Below are positions 28,149-37,257 of a stretch of DNA of 64,000 nt, piece after piece. The stretch is from NCBI GenBank assembly GCA_963745835.1, contig CAVUZH010000016.1:160001-224000 (forward strand), written 5' to 3'. The position numbers and the translations under genes are program-made. Position 1 is the first letter of the stretch, and the number at the start of each line of letters is the position of its first letter. Origin of the DNA: an uncultured delta proteobacterium (GTDB lineage Bacteria > Desulfobacterota > Binatia > UBA9968). The notes beneath the pieces were generated by a model. That model worked only from the letters and a program-made list of their open reading frames with translations. It was not told where the DNA came from and did no database searches.

Positions 28149-29326
28149 TTAACGCCTTAAGGTGAGAAGATGATCAAAAATTTGGTCCGCCAATTCATCC
28201 TTACTCATGAGCGGCAGCGAGTGGGTTGTGCCCCGACGATCAATAATGGTTGCGATGTTGGTATCGCCGTCAAAACCGCTGCCCTGTTTGGTGACGTCAT
28301 TTGCAACGATCATGTCAAGATTCTTTTCGCGCAGCTTTTTCTCGGCATTAGCATCCAGATTGCCGGTTTCGGCGGCAAAGCCGATTAGTAGTTTTCCATC
28401 CTTGCGCCGCCCGAGCTCCTTGAGAATATCCGGGTTCGGCTCCAGGCGCACATCCAACGGGCCCTTACCTCGCTTTATTTTGTCGGCTGAAAATTCGGCT
28501 GGATGATAATCCGCTACCGCGGCGGCCATGATCACGGCAGTGCATGCGGCGTACTCGTCGAGAATCGCCCGGCGCATTTCAGCCGCCGTGTTGACGGCCG
28601 TTACTTTAACGCCGGGAGGCGGCGTGAGCGCTGTCGGGCCACTGATCAGCACGACTTCCGCGCCCCTTCGCGCTGCCGCTCGCGCCAGCGCGTAGCCCAT
28701 TTTGCCTGATGATCGGTTGGAGATATAGCGAACCGGATCTAATGGTTCGCGGCTGGGACCGGCGGTTACGATGAGCTTTTCATCCGCCAGATCTTTTTTT
28801 TGAGCTGCAGCCGGATCTGTTCGAGAATCGCCTCGGGATCCGGCAATCGCCCTTTGCCTTCGTACCCGCATGCAAGATAGCCCTCGTCCGGTTCGAGGAT
28901 TTCATAGCCGATCCGCCGTAACTTTCGGAGATTTTCTTGCAAGATTGGGTTTTCGTACATGTGAATGTTCATTGCCGGCGCAATCAGCACCGGCGCCTGA
29001 GTAGCCATCAACACGGTGGATAATAGATCGTCCGCGATACCGGCGGCAATTTTACCAATAACGTTGGCCGTAGCCGGCGCAACAACAAAGATGTCGGCTG
29101 AGTCGGCTAAATTGATGTGTCCTATTTCAGATTCTTGCGTCAGATTAAAAGTATCGGTAGCAACCGGCCGGGCAGAAAGCGTCTGAAACGTCAAAGGCGT
29201 AACGAACTGCATCGCGCCACGAGTCATGATCACCTGAACGGTATACTGTTCTTTTACCAACAAGCGGACCAACTCGACCGCCTTGTAGCACGCGATTCCG
29301 CCACTGACCCCGAGAACTACGTTCAT
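28149..29326 (-). CDS. coaBC: Bifunctional CoaBC interrupted by a -1 frame change at the domain linker (28793-28801)
   Basis: Frame 0 (29326-28766) is CoaC: GVSGGIACYK, HINLA, APATAN, PAMN, LACG..GKGRL. The -1 frame (28793-28149) is CoaB: DLADEKLIVTAGPSREPLDPVRYISNRSSGKMG, AAVADY, GFAAET, VANDV. Joining at the A8 run gives a 392-aa protein of normal size. Confidence 0.92.
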
Positions 29327-29652
29327 GGTTTGTCGTTCTCCACGAGCGCAAAATATAAAAACAATCAGGGGCTTGCAACCTCAATGAAGATAAGCCGTAT
29401 CGCCCCGGAACTAAACTTGTCGCCGTCAACGCAGAGGTTGCGACTTCCATTTCCTGTCAACATGGACCGGAGGCGTTCTGAACGCCCACAAACGATCCAA
29501 AGTCTTAACAAAGGTCAACAAATCGCTTGGGCTTAGACGGTGACAATGGCATGATTCTGGCGTCGATGGCAGACTTACCGGCGAATTATCAACGAATGCT
29601 TGACCAAAATATTGACATCATGTAAGTGACAAGAATGCTAAAGGAGCGGTGG

Positions 29653-30501
29653 ATGAAGCGATACAGCTCGCGGCTGACACCCCGGAATATGAGCACGCTA
29701 TTGTTCCTAGTTGGGGCAATATTTTGGCTTGGCGCAAGTTTTGGCTATGCTTTCGAGCAGGAAGATTCTCCGGCGTTCTCGGCTGGCTATGAGCCAAGCA
29801 CGCTTGCCGCTTCATCGGCAAATCGCGAGCAGCCTCTGGAAACACGATTGGCTTTAGCCAGCGCATTGGCCGAAACAGCGGAAGCAGGGGACGATTTTGA
29901 CTCCGACCCTCTCGAAGCTTTCAACGAAAAAATGTTCTGGTTCAATCGGGAGGTGCTTGACCGTTTTTTGCTAAAGCCGGCGGCGACGGCGTGGGACTTT
30001 GTGATACCCGATCCGATGCAGCGGGGGATTTACAACATTTTCGATAACCTCGCAGTGGTGCGACGCGTAGTGAATAACGCCCTGCAACTGAAGTTTACCG
30101 GCGCAGCGACGGAGGTGGCGCGCTTTACCATCAACAGCACAGTCGGGCTCGTTGGGTTCTTCGATGTGGCCAAGGATGGATTCGGAATCCAGCAGAGAGA
30201 CGAGGATACCGGCCAGACGTTTGGTGTTTGGGGAATCGGGCCCGGTCCTTACCTGATCCTGCCATTTCTGCCGCCACTAACGATCCGTGACGGCATCGGT
30301 TATGCCTTCGATACGGCGATGACGCCCTATATCTACTTCATCCCTTGGTATGCCAATGCCGGCCTCACCGTCACAAGCACGGTCAATGAGAGGTCACTAA
30401 ATCTCGAAACATTCGAGCGAGTCGCTGAGTCCACCATCGATCTTTACGGTGCGGTGCGTAACGCCTATCTACAAAGAAGGGCGGCGGTGATTCGGCAGTA
30501 A
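29653..30501 (+). CDS. mlaA: MlaA/VacJ family phospholipid transport protein
   Basis: DPLEAFNEKMFWFN, RFTINSTVGLVGFFDVA, EDTGQTFGVWGIGPGPYLILPFL; start at ATG 29653 after AAGGAG. Confidence 0.9.
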   Translation: MKRYSSRLTPRNMSTLLFLVGAIFWLGASFGYAFEQEDSPAFSAGYEPSTLAASSANREQPLETRLALASALAETAEAGDDFDSDPLEAFNEKMFWFNREVLDRFLLKPAATAWDFVIPDPMQRGIYNIFDNLAVVRRVVNNALQLKFTGAATEVARFTINSTVGLVGFFDVAKDGFGIQQRDEDTGQTFGVWGIGPGPYLILPFLPPLTIRDGIGYAFDTAMTPYIYFIPWYANAGLTVTSTVNERSLNLETFERVAESTIDLYGAVRNAYLQRRAAVIRQ

Positions 30502-30767
30502 TAATGAAGCGGAGGGATTGAAGCCTAACATCAGCCCCTCGGTAACGTTTTCTCCTGTCATGAGAGCTTTTCAGTTCGTTTGTTGCTTAGCTACGGCACA
30601 GATCGTTCGACCTTGAACGTAAGCTGATCGGACCAGCAGCCCGACGTTCCGGCCGCAATAGATGCCTCTAAAAACCCATCGAACCGACTATTGACATCGG
30701 CAGTGTGGGTGTTTAAAGAAATAATCCCGCCTGAGTTATGAGAACTTCATAGGAGAGAATCGCAAAC

Positions 30768-31127
30768 ATGCCCAAGACAAAAAAGAAACCCGCGGGACGA
30801 CAAGCGAAAGACCGAGCTCATGAATACATTGATGATGGCAGCCATGATGAGATCGACGACGAGGATCTTCCTAGCGATGAGGCTGGACGACGCAAGATAA
30901 AGAGAAACTACGAAGAACTGCTCGGAATTCGGATAGACAAGCTAAAAGGACGGGTTCTCAACCGAGAAAAGATCAACAAGAGCATCGACGGGCTCTACTT
31001 CATCTGCTTTGAGTGTAGAAAAATCTGCCACAACCTAGACGAAGGTTGGGTTGAAGAGCCAACAACCCAGCACAATTTCTGCTCCGCCTGCGCCAAAACT
31101 AAAGGCATTCGCAGTACCGCCGCCTAG
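30768..31127 (+). CDS. Small protein with C-terminal C4 zinc finger
   Basis: AGGAG SD; CFEC-x21-CSAC; basic then acidic N-terminus. Confidence 0.75.
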   Translation: MPKTKKKPAGRQAKDRAHEYIDDGSHDEIDDEDLPSDEAGRRKIKRNYEELLGIRIDKLKGRVLNREKINKSIDGLYFICFECRKICHNLDEGWVEEPTTQHNFCSACAKTKGIRSTAA

Positions 31128-32089
31128 TCAACTATTTTCATCCGTTCGAGAAAGCTTCTGAGCTCAGAGGGCAGCGGCGAGTCCAAGACAGTCGATTTGC
31201 CGCTCGCCGGATGAGCAAACTCCAAACGAGAAGCATGTAAAAAGTGCCGCCCAAGATCGGTCGAATAGTCTACAAAACCATACCGCGTATCGCCGACTAT
31301 GGCATGACCAGTAGCGGCGAGATGGACCCGAATCTGATGCGTGACGCCGGTTTGCATCTCAACCTCGAGTAGGCTCATCTCATTTGAGCTGGCGAGCTTT
31401 CGAAAACTGGTTCGCGCATGCCAGCTTCTTAGGCGCGGCCGATTCGATCCGGACTCATTAATCACCTGCATTCGGCTCTTATCGGTCGGATCATGAGCAA
31501 GTGCCAAGCTGATGGATCCGGAAGAAGATGCCTCACCCCAAACTAAGGCAATATATTTTTTGTTGACTTGGCGCCGTTGAAACTGCTCCCGCAGGTTTTC
31601 AAATGCCGGTTGATTTTTTGCCACCAGCACTAATCCTGAAGTTTCGGTGTCCAAACGGTTTAGTAAGCCGGGCTCCCAACGACTCCTCCCAACGCAAGAT
31701 AGCTCAGGCCATCGCGCAACCAGAAAATTGGCCAAGGTGCCGACGTCGCGCGCGGAGAATCCATGAGTTGGGATGCCAGCCGGTTTATCAACCGCGATGA
31801 TTTCAGCATCTTCATAGACAGTGGTGACACGTCCGTTTACTCCCGCGACCGGCGAATCAAACAGCCAATGCCGCGCCCCCTGAAAGATTACTCGGTCCCC
31901 TTGCTTTAGTCTTTGACCCTTGGTCGCGCGCCGACCGTTTACTAAAAAAGCGTTCTCGTCGATAGCTGTAGCGGATTGGTGACGAGATAGGTGAGGCAAG
32001 TGCCGGCGGACAAAATTTTCCAGCCGGCCTCCCGCTTCTCCCGCGCCGATTTTCCAGGTGAGATTCTGGTTGAATCCTTGAACCGTCAC
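31124..32089 (-). CDS. RluA/RluD family pseudouridine synthase
   Basis: S4-like N-terminus, VDKPAG, NRLDTETSG, TGVTHQIRVHL, IVGD.RYG, LHA. Confidence 0.93.
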   Translation of the reverse strand: MTVQGFNQNLTWKIGAGEAGGRLENFVRRHLPHLSRHQSATAIDENAFLVNGRRATKGQRLKQGDRVIFQGARHWLFDSPVAGVNGRVTTVYEDAEIIAVDKPAGIPTHGFSARDVGTLANFLVARWPELSCVGRSRWEPGLLNRLDTETSGLVLVAKNQPAFENLREQFQRRQVNKKYIALVWGEASSSGSISLALAHDPTDKSRMQVINESGSNRPRLRSWHARTSFRKLASSNEMSLLEVEMQTGVTHQIRVHLAATGHAIVGDTRYGFVDYSTDLGRHFLHASRLEFAHPASGKSTVLDSPLPSELRSFLERMKIVD

Positions 32090-32135
32090 TTCACCTACCG
32101 TAGTATAGAGCGCATTTCATGAATCACATTCTAAC

Positions 32136-33269
32136 ATGAGGCAAAAACTTTACAGCGTCATCATCGCCGGCGGCAAGGGAACACGGTTCTGGCCGCTCAG
32201 CCGTTCGCGCAAGCCGAAGCAACTGCTTAAGCTCTTCGGCCCTAAGACTCTTCTCGACGAAACCGCGGATCGAGTACTTTCACTCGGGGGAAGCGATCGA
32301 ACGCTGATCGTTACGGTAGCCGAACAATTAAACGCGGTGCGTAAAGAGTTGAGCGCGTTGCCGCGAAAGAACTTTCTCGCCGAGCCGGAGGGGAAAAATA
32401 CGGCGCCATGCATCGGCCTGGCAGCGTTGGAAGTTATCGGCAGAGATCCTGACGCGGTGATGATTATTCTACCGGCAGATCATTGGGTGTCCGATGTGGC
32501 GGCTTTCCGCCGCACACTTAAGGCTGCTGCTGAACTCGCAGCCCGGCACGATCGCTTGGTCACGATCGGTATCCAACCCGCCTACCCGGAAACCGGTTAT
32601 GGATACATTGTCAAAGGCAAGCCAGTAGCGGATGCCGAAAACGCAGACGCTTACCATGTGAAAAAGTTCAAAGAAAAGCCGAACGCGAAGATAGCAGGGC
32701 AACTACTCCGTCAAGGTTCTCTATGGAATGCCGGCATCTTCGCCTGGAAAGCATCTACACTGCTGGCGCTAATGGAGCAGTATCAGCCGGCAATTCACAA
32801 GTCTCTAGAGAAGATTGCCACGGCCGCCGGCGGCAAATCGCTGGCAACCCCGGGTCCAAGGCTGGGTTCTGTGATTGCCCGCGAATATAAAAAAATGCCG
32901 AGCATTTCCATCGATCATGCGATTCTCGAGCCAGCCGGCTCCGAAGGCAGAGTCTTGACGGTGCCCGGCCAATTTGGTTGGAGCGATGTCGGTAGTTGGG
33001 CGGCGGTGCATCAGATGTCGCCCCGCGACGCCGACGGCAATGCTGCTACTGGGAACTGGCTCGGCATTGACACGAAGGAGTGCCTGATTCATGCCCCGGA
33101 CCGTCTAGTCGTTCTACTAGGGATGCGTGATGCCTTCATCGTCGATACTCCGGACGCGTTACTTGTTGGAGACCTCAAGCGCTCACAAGAGGTGCGCGAC
33201 TTGGTCGATGAGCTAAATAAGAGAGGCCAGCGCTCTTACACCATTGACGAATCCACATCACGCCGCTGA
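32136..33269 (+). CDS. Mannose-1-phosphate guanylyltransferase
   Basis: AGGKGTRFWPLSR..KPKQ, EPEGKNTAP, PADH, FKEKP, WNAGIF, WSDVGSW. Confidence 0.93.
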   Translation: MRQKLYSVIIAGGKGTRFWPLSRSRKPKQLLKLFGPKTLLDETADRVLSLGGSDRTLIVTVAEQLNAVRKELSALPRKNFLAEPEGKNTAPCIGLAALEVIGRDPDAVMIILPADHWVSDVAAFRRTLKAAAELAARHDRLVTIGIQPAYPETGYGYIVKGKPVADAENADAYHVKKFKEKPNAKIAGQLLRQGSLWNAGIFAWKASTLLALMEQYQPAIHKSLEKIATAAGGKSLATPGPRLGSVIAREYKKMPSISIDHAILEPAGSEGRVLTVPGQFGWSDVGSWAAVHQMSPRDADGNAATGNWLGIDTKECLIHAPDRLVVLLGMRDAFIVDTPDALLVGDLKRSQEVRDLVDELNKRGQRSYTIDESTSRR

Positions 33270-34101
33270 TTGTAATCTCGTGAATTCCAATTATCCCAGG
33301 GGGCCATTGCGCCAAGGCGAACCTATCGTTCTGCTCGACCGCAAGGACCGAGAGTATCTCGCTCGGCTCGACCTAAACCGGCCTCTAGCGATCCGTGGCG
33401 GCAAAGTGCTCGTTGAAGAACTGATCGGTCGCGATGAAGGTTGCACCGTGCGTTCTTCTGTCAACGAACCCTTCCTCGTTTTTCGCCCAAGTTTGCCCCA
33501 GTTGATTCCCAATTTACCGCGCAACGCGCAGGTCGTTTATCCTAAGGACCTTGGGCCAATTCTTATTTGGGCCGACCTTTTCCCAGGGGCGCGTGTAGTC
33601 GAAGCCGGCGCCGGCGCCGGCGCTCTGAGCATGACCTTGCTGCGCGCCATTGGCAGCTCGGGTCAACTCATTACCTATGAAATCCGCGAAGATTTTGCCG
33701 ATATGGCGCGCAAGACGGTTGCCAAATACTTCGGCCCGGCGCCTAATTGGACATTAAAGTTAGGCGACGTGGAAACCGAATTCGTGGAAACTGATGTAGA
33801 TCGCGTCGTTCTGGATTTACCGGAACCCTGGAAAGTGATCGACCGCGCCTGGAACGCCCTCAGACCTGGTGGCATCTTGCTAAGCTATCTGCCCACGGTC
33901 ATCCAGGTGAAGAGCTTGGTTGATGCCCTGCGCGCCGACAATCGTTTTGCCTGTATCGAAACTATGGAAACACTGATGCGCTTTTGGCACATCAAGGGCA
34001 TGAGCGTCCGGCCGCAACACCGCATGGTCGCCCATACGGGTTTTTTGACTGCGGCGCGCCGCTTAGCAGATGGCGAAAAAGACATTCCCCGAGGTCCCTG
34101 A
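33244..34101 (+). CDS. trmI: tRNA (adenine-58-N1)-methyltransferase TrmI
   Basis: PRNAQVVYPKD, VVEAGAGAGAL, YEIREDF, LDLPEPW, VRPQHRMVAHTGFL; start uncertain. Confidence 0.9.
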   Translation: MTNPHHAADCNLVNSNYPRGPLRQGEPIVLLDRKDREYLARLDLNRPLAIRGGKVLVEELIGRDEGCTVRSSVNEPFLVFRPSLPQLIPNLPRNAQVVYPKDLGPILIWADLFPGARVVEAGAGAGALSMTLLRAIGSSGQLITYEIREDFADMARKTVAKYFGPAPNWTLKLGDVETEFVETDVDRVVLDLPEPWKVIDRAWNALRPGGILLSYLPTVIQVKSLVDALRADNRFACIETMETLMRFWHIKGMSVRPQHRMVAHTGFLTAARRLADGEKDIPRGP

Positions 34102-34117
34102 TCGGCGCTCGGGGAAT
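34084..34117. terminator. 10-bp stem hairpin between convergent trmI and VOC genes
   Basis: ATTCCCCGAG-N14-CTCGGGGAAT spanning the trmI stop codon. Confidence 0.45.
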
Positions 34118-34145
34118 TGCAGATATGATCACTGCGGGATCATGA

Positions 34146-34565
34146 CTAAGGTTTTGACCAAAGCTGAATGTAGTTCATCTCAGGGTCAAAGAAGTAGATG
34201 GCTTTACCTGTAGGGCGCACGACCGGTTTGTCGATGAGCACTTTCACCCCCGCCTTCTTGAGTTCATCTGCCGCCTTGTCGAAATCATCCGAGCTGACTT
34301 CCAGCGCGATGTGCGAGGTTCCCTCGTCGAAATCACCCCGCTCGATTGGCTTCGGCCGCTGAAACAGAACTAAACACATGCCGTCTTCCATGAAGAGACG
34401 GGAGATCTCGGGAAACATCCCGTAAACGTCTTTGTAAGGACCACCACTTTCTGTGTCAAAGCCCACTTTAGTGCACTTCATTCCCAGTACATCGGTGTAA
34501 AACTTGGTTGCTCGTTCGAGATCGTTGCACGGCAAACCGATATGGTAGATCTGCTTTATCTTCAT
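34146..34565 (-). CDS. VOC (glyoxalase/bleomycin resistance/dioxygenase) family protein
   Basis: HIGLPCNDLERATKFYTDVLG, HIALEV, YFFDPEMNYIQL; AGGAGG SD. Confidence 0.9.
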   Translation of the reverse strand: MKIKQIYHIGLPCNDLERATKFYTDVLGMKCTKVGFDTESGGPYKDVYGMFPEISRLFMEDGMCLVLFQRPKPIERGDFDEGTSHIALEVSSDDFDKAADELKKAGVKVLIDKPVVRPTGKAIYFFDPEMNYIQLWSKP

Positions 34566-34857
34566 GAGTCACCTCCTTGTCTTCATCCTGTCTATACTGC
34601 AACGCGCGAGGAATTTCCAATAGCTCCAGGTTCTCGGGAACAATTCGTTTGCAGTGGCAGCATCCTTGACAGATCATCATCGGCAAGTCTAAGTATGCCC
34701 ACAGAAAACACCCTGCAGCAGAATAATTAGACATCGACAAGACGGAAACTATAGATGAATTCGACAGTGATCGTACAGCAAATTATGGCTATAGTAGCGC
34801 TGTATCATCAACCACACTATAGCTGCAGATGCGCCGTTAGCGAGGGTAGGGGTTCCC

Positions 34858-35634
34858 ATGGCAGCTTTCATTAAAGCTCACGACGTCTCTCTAGTCTTCA
34901 AAGCCAAGGATCGAGAGCCCGTCACGGCGTTGACTAACTTCAGCCTCGACATTGCCCAGGGCGAGTTTGTCAGTATCGTAGGTCCATCGGGTTGCGGAAA
35001 AAGTACCTTCCTCAATATCGTCTTAGGGCTGATTGAACCAGCCAGCGGCATAATTCAGTTGAACGGCACGCGCATTAGCGGTCCGGGCCAAGAGCGGGCG
35101 ATGGTTTTTCAAGAGTTTGGGCTGCTACCTTGGCGAAGCGTCACCGCCAACGTAGAACTCGGACTTGAGTTGAAGGGCGTTCCGTCTGCAAAAAGAGCGG
35201 CGCGCGCAGCGGAACTGATCAATTTGGTCGGATTGAAAGGCTTTGAAAACCATTATCCGCATGAGCTTTCCGGCGGTATGAAACAGCGCGTCGGTCTCGC
35301 TCGCGCGCTGGCAACCGAGCCGAAAGTACTGCTCATGGATGAGCCCTTTGCCGCCCTAGATGCGCAGACGCGCGACTTGATGCAAACGGAATTGCTCCAG
35401 ATTTGGGAGCGCTCCAAAAAAACCGTGCTCTTTGTCACCCACAGCATCGAGGAGGCAGCCTACCTTTCAGACCGAGTCATCGTCATGACAGCAAGGCCAG
35501 GCCGAACCAAAGACGTCATTCAGATAGATTTGCCACGACCGAGAGATTATGAGATGCGGCTTACGCCAAAATTCAACGATATCAAGCTTCGCATATGGGA
35601 AGTCTTGAGGGAAGAGCTGACCTCCCGAGGATAA
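34858..35634 (+). CDS. ABC ATP-binding protein, NitT/TauT family
   Basis: GPSGCGKS, LSGGMKQR, LLMDEPF, VTH. Confidence 0.94.
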   Translation: MAAFIKAHDVSLVFKAKDREPVTALTNFSLDIAQGEFVSIVGPSGCGKSTFLNIVLGLIEPASGIIQLNGTRISGPGQERAMVFQEFGLLPWRSVTANVELGLELKGVPSAKRAARAAELINLVGLKGFENHYPHELSGGMKQRVGLARALATEPKVLLMDEPFAALDAQTRDLMQTELLQIWERSKKTVLFVTHSIEEAAYLSDRVIVMTARPGRTKDVIQIDLPRPRDYEMRLTPKFNDIKLRIWEVLREELTSRG

Positions 35635-35637
35635 AAA

Positions 35638-36426
35638 ATGGCTGCACAAGCGTTTTTTACGGAACACCGGCGGCTGTGGCTCGCACTCTGCTCCGTCTTA
35701 GTCTTGATCGCATCATGGGAATTGGTTTTGACCTACCTCTTCCCAGTAGATCCATTCTTCTTTACCAAGCCTTCACTGATCGGCGCAGCATTTAAAGAGC
35801 AAATCCAAGGGAGCAAACTCTGGCACGACCTCGCGGTAAGCAGCCAGGCTTTCCTCTGGGGCTTCACCTTCGCCGTGATCGTCGGCATCCCTCTTGGCTT
35901 AGTCATGGGTTGGCGCAGAAGAGTCGAATACTCGCTGGACCCGTTCTTAACCGCGCTTTACGCTAGCCCGCTGGTTGCTCTAGCGCCGTTGTTCATTATC
36001 GTTTTTGGCGTTGGCGTGCTCGGTAAGGCAGCGCTGGTTTTCTTACTCGCTGTTTTTCCATTCATCTTCAATACATTTGCCGGCGTCAAATCGACGGACG
36101 CGCTGTTAATCAATGTTATTCGATCGTTCGGCGGGAGTGAGAAGGATCTATACCTTAAGGTCATTCTGCCAAGCACGATGCCCTACATTATCGCTGGCGC
36201 CCGCCTTGCCATTGGCCGAGGTTTGGTCGGTATCATTGTCGGGGAATTCTATGCCGCTTCCGAGGGAATCGGTTTCGCCATTTCCCAAGCGGGCGATACC
36301 TACCGTCTCCCTGACATGTTCGTCGGCATTATCATTCTGTCGCTGATTGCGATTATTCTGACCGAGCTGATGCGCAGGCTTGAGCTCACGGTTGCGCCGT
36401 GGCGTGCGGGCGACGAGGTACGCTGA
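35638..36426 (+). CDS. ABC permease, TauC/SsuC family
   Basis: GIPLGLVMG, EAA-like loop RSFGGSE, VILPSTMPYI, IVGEF...GIG. Confidence 0.92.
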   Translation: MAAQAFFTEHRRLWLALCSVLVLIASWELVLTYLFPVDPFFFTKPSLIGAAFKEQIQGSKLWHDLAVSSQAFLWGFTFAVIVGIPLGLVMGWRRRVEYSLDPFLTALYASPLVALAPLFIIVFGVGVLGKAALVFLLAVFPFIFNTFAGVKSTDALLINVIRSFGGSEKDLYLKVILPSTMPYIIAGARLAIGRGLVGIIVGEFYAASEGIGFAISQAGDTYRLPDMFVGIIILSLIAIILTELMRRLELTVAPWRAGDEVR

Positions 36427-37223
36427 TGAAACCAGCCAAAATTTTTGCAGAGCACGAATCGTTAATATTCGGTTCCGGTTTTATCGTCCTATTACTTGTC
36501 GTATGGGAAAGCATTCCGCTCTGGTACACCCTGCCAAAGGGAATGGCGCTCTTCTTCACCACGCCCTCGAGAATCGCCGCGGCGTTTTATGAATTGCTTC
36601 TCGATGGGACCATCGAAAAACACTTTTACATCAGCGCAGTCGCCTTTCTGGCGGGACTAGGCTTGTCCATAATTGTCGGACTGCCGTTGGGGCTCGTTAT
36701 GGGAAGGTCAGTGACTCTCGAGCATTTACTGGATCCCTATGTGACCGCAGCCAATGCCACCCCCAGAATCGTCTTTTTGCCACTATTGATTCTCTGGTTC
36801 GGGATCGGCATTTGGTCGAAGATCCTGATCGTCTTTGCTGGCGCAGTTTTTCCGTTGCTCATCAATACCTATATTGGCGTCAAAAACGTCAACAGAGTTC
36901 TGGTGAATGTCGTGAGATCGTTTGGCGCTAATGAATGGCAAGTGATGAAAATCGTGGTGCTGCCGAATTCGGTTCCATACATCATCGCCGGGCTAAGGTT
37001 GGCCATCGGCAGAGCAATCCTCGGGGTCGTGGTCGGCGAATTTTTCGGCTCGAGCCACGGATTGGGTTACATGATCGCTTCCGCCGCTACCAACTACAAG
37101 GTAGACGTCGTCTTCGTCGGCGTCGCAATCTTCATGGCGCTTTCCGTGATCCTAACTCTCGCCGTAAAGCAACTCGAGTCCCGCCTAGCCAGCTGGCGTC
37201 CTGAAGCGGCAAAGAGTTTCTAG
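36426..37223 (+). CDS. Second ABC permease, TauC/SsuC family
   Basis: Coupled to the previous gene via TGATG; GLPLGLVMG, RSFGANE, VLPNSVPYI, VVGEF..GLGY. Confidence 0.92.
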   Translation: MKPAKIFAEHESLIFGSGFIVLLLVVWESIPLWYTLPKGMALFFTTPSRIAAAFYELLLDGTIEKHFYISAVAFLAGLGLSIIVGLPLGLVMGRSVTLEHLLDPYVTAANATPRIVFLPLLILWFGIGIWSKILIVFAGAVFPLLINTYIGVKNVNRVLVNVVRSFGANEWQVMKIVVLPNSVPYIIAGLRLAIGRAILGVVVGEFFGSSHGLGYMIASAATNYKVDVVFVGVAIFMALSVILTLAVKQLESRLASWRPEAAKSF

Positions 37224-37257
37224 AGCTACCGCTCTTTAGTGCTGACTCACCATGTGG

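Noticed and set aside
28149-28871. Independent 240-aa coaB gene starting at TTG 28871
   Set aside because: The first ~25 codons (MRVRRQRAIAG...) are off-frame CoaC sequence with no SD; CoaB similarity starts only after the A8 run.
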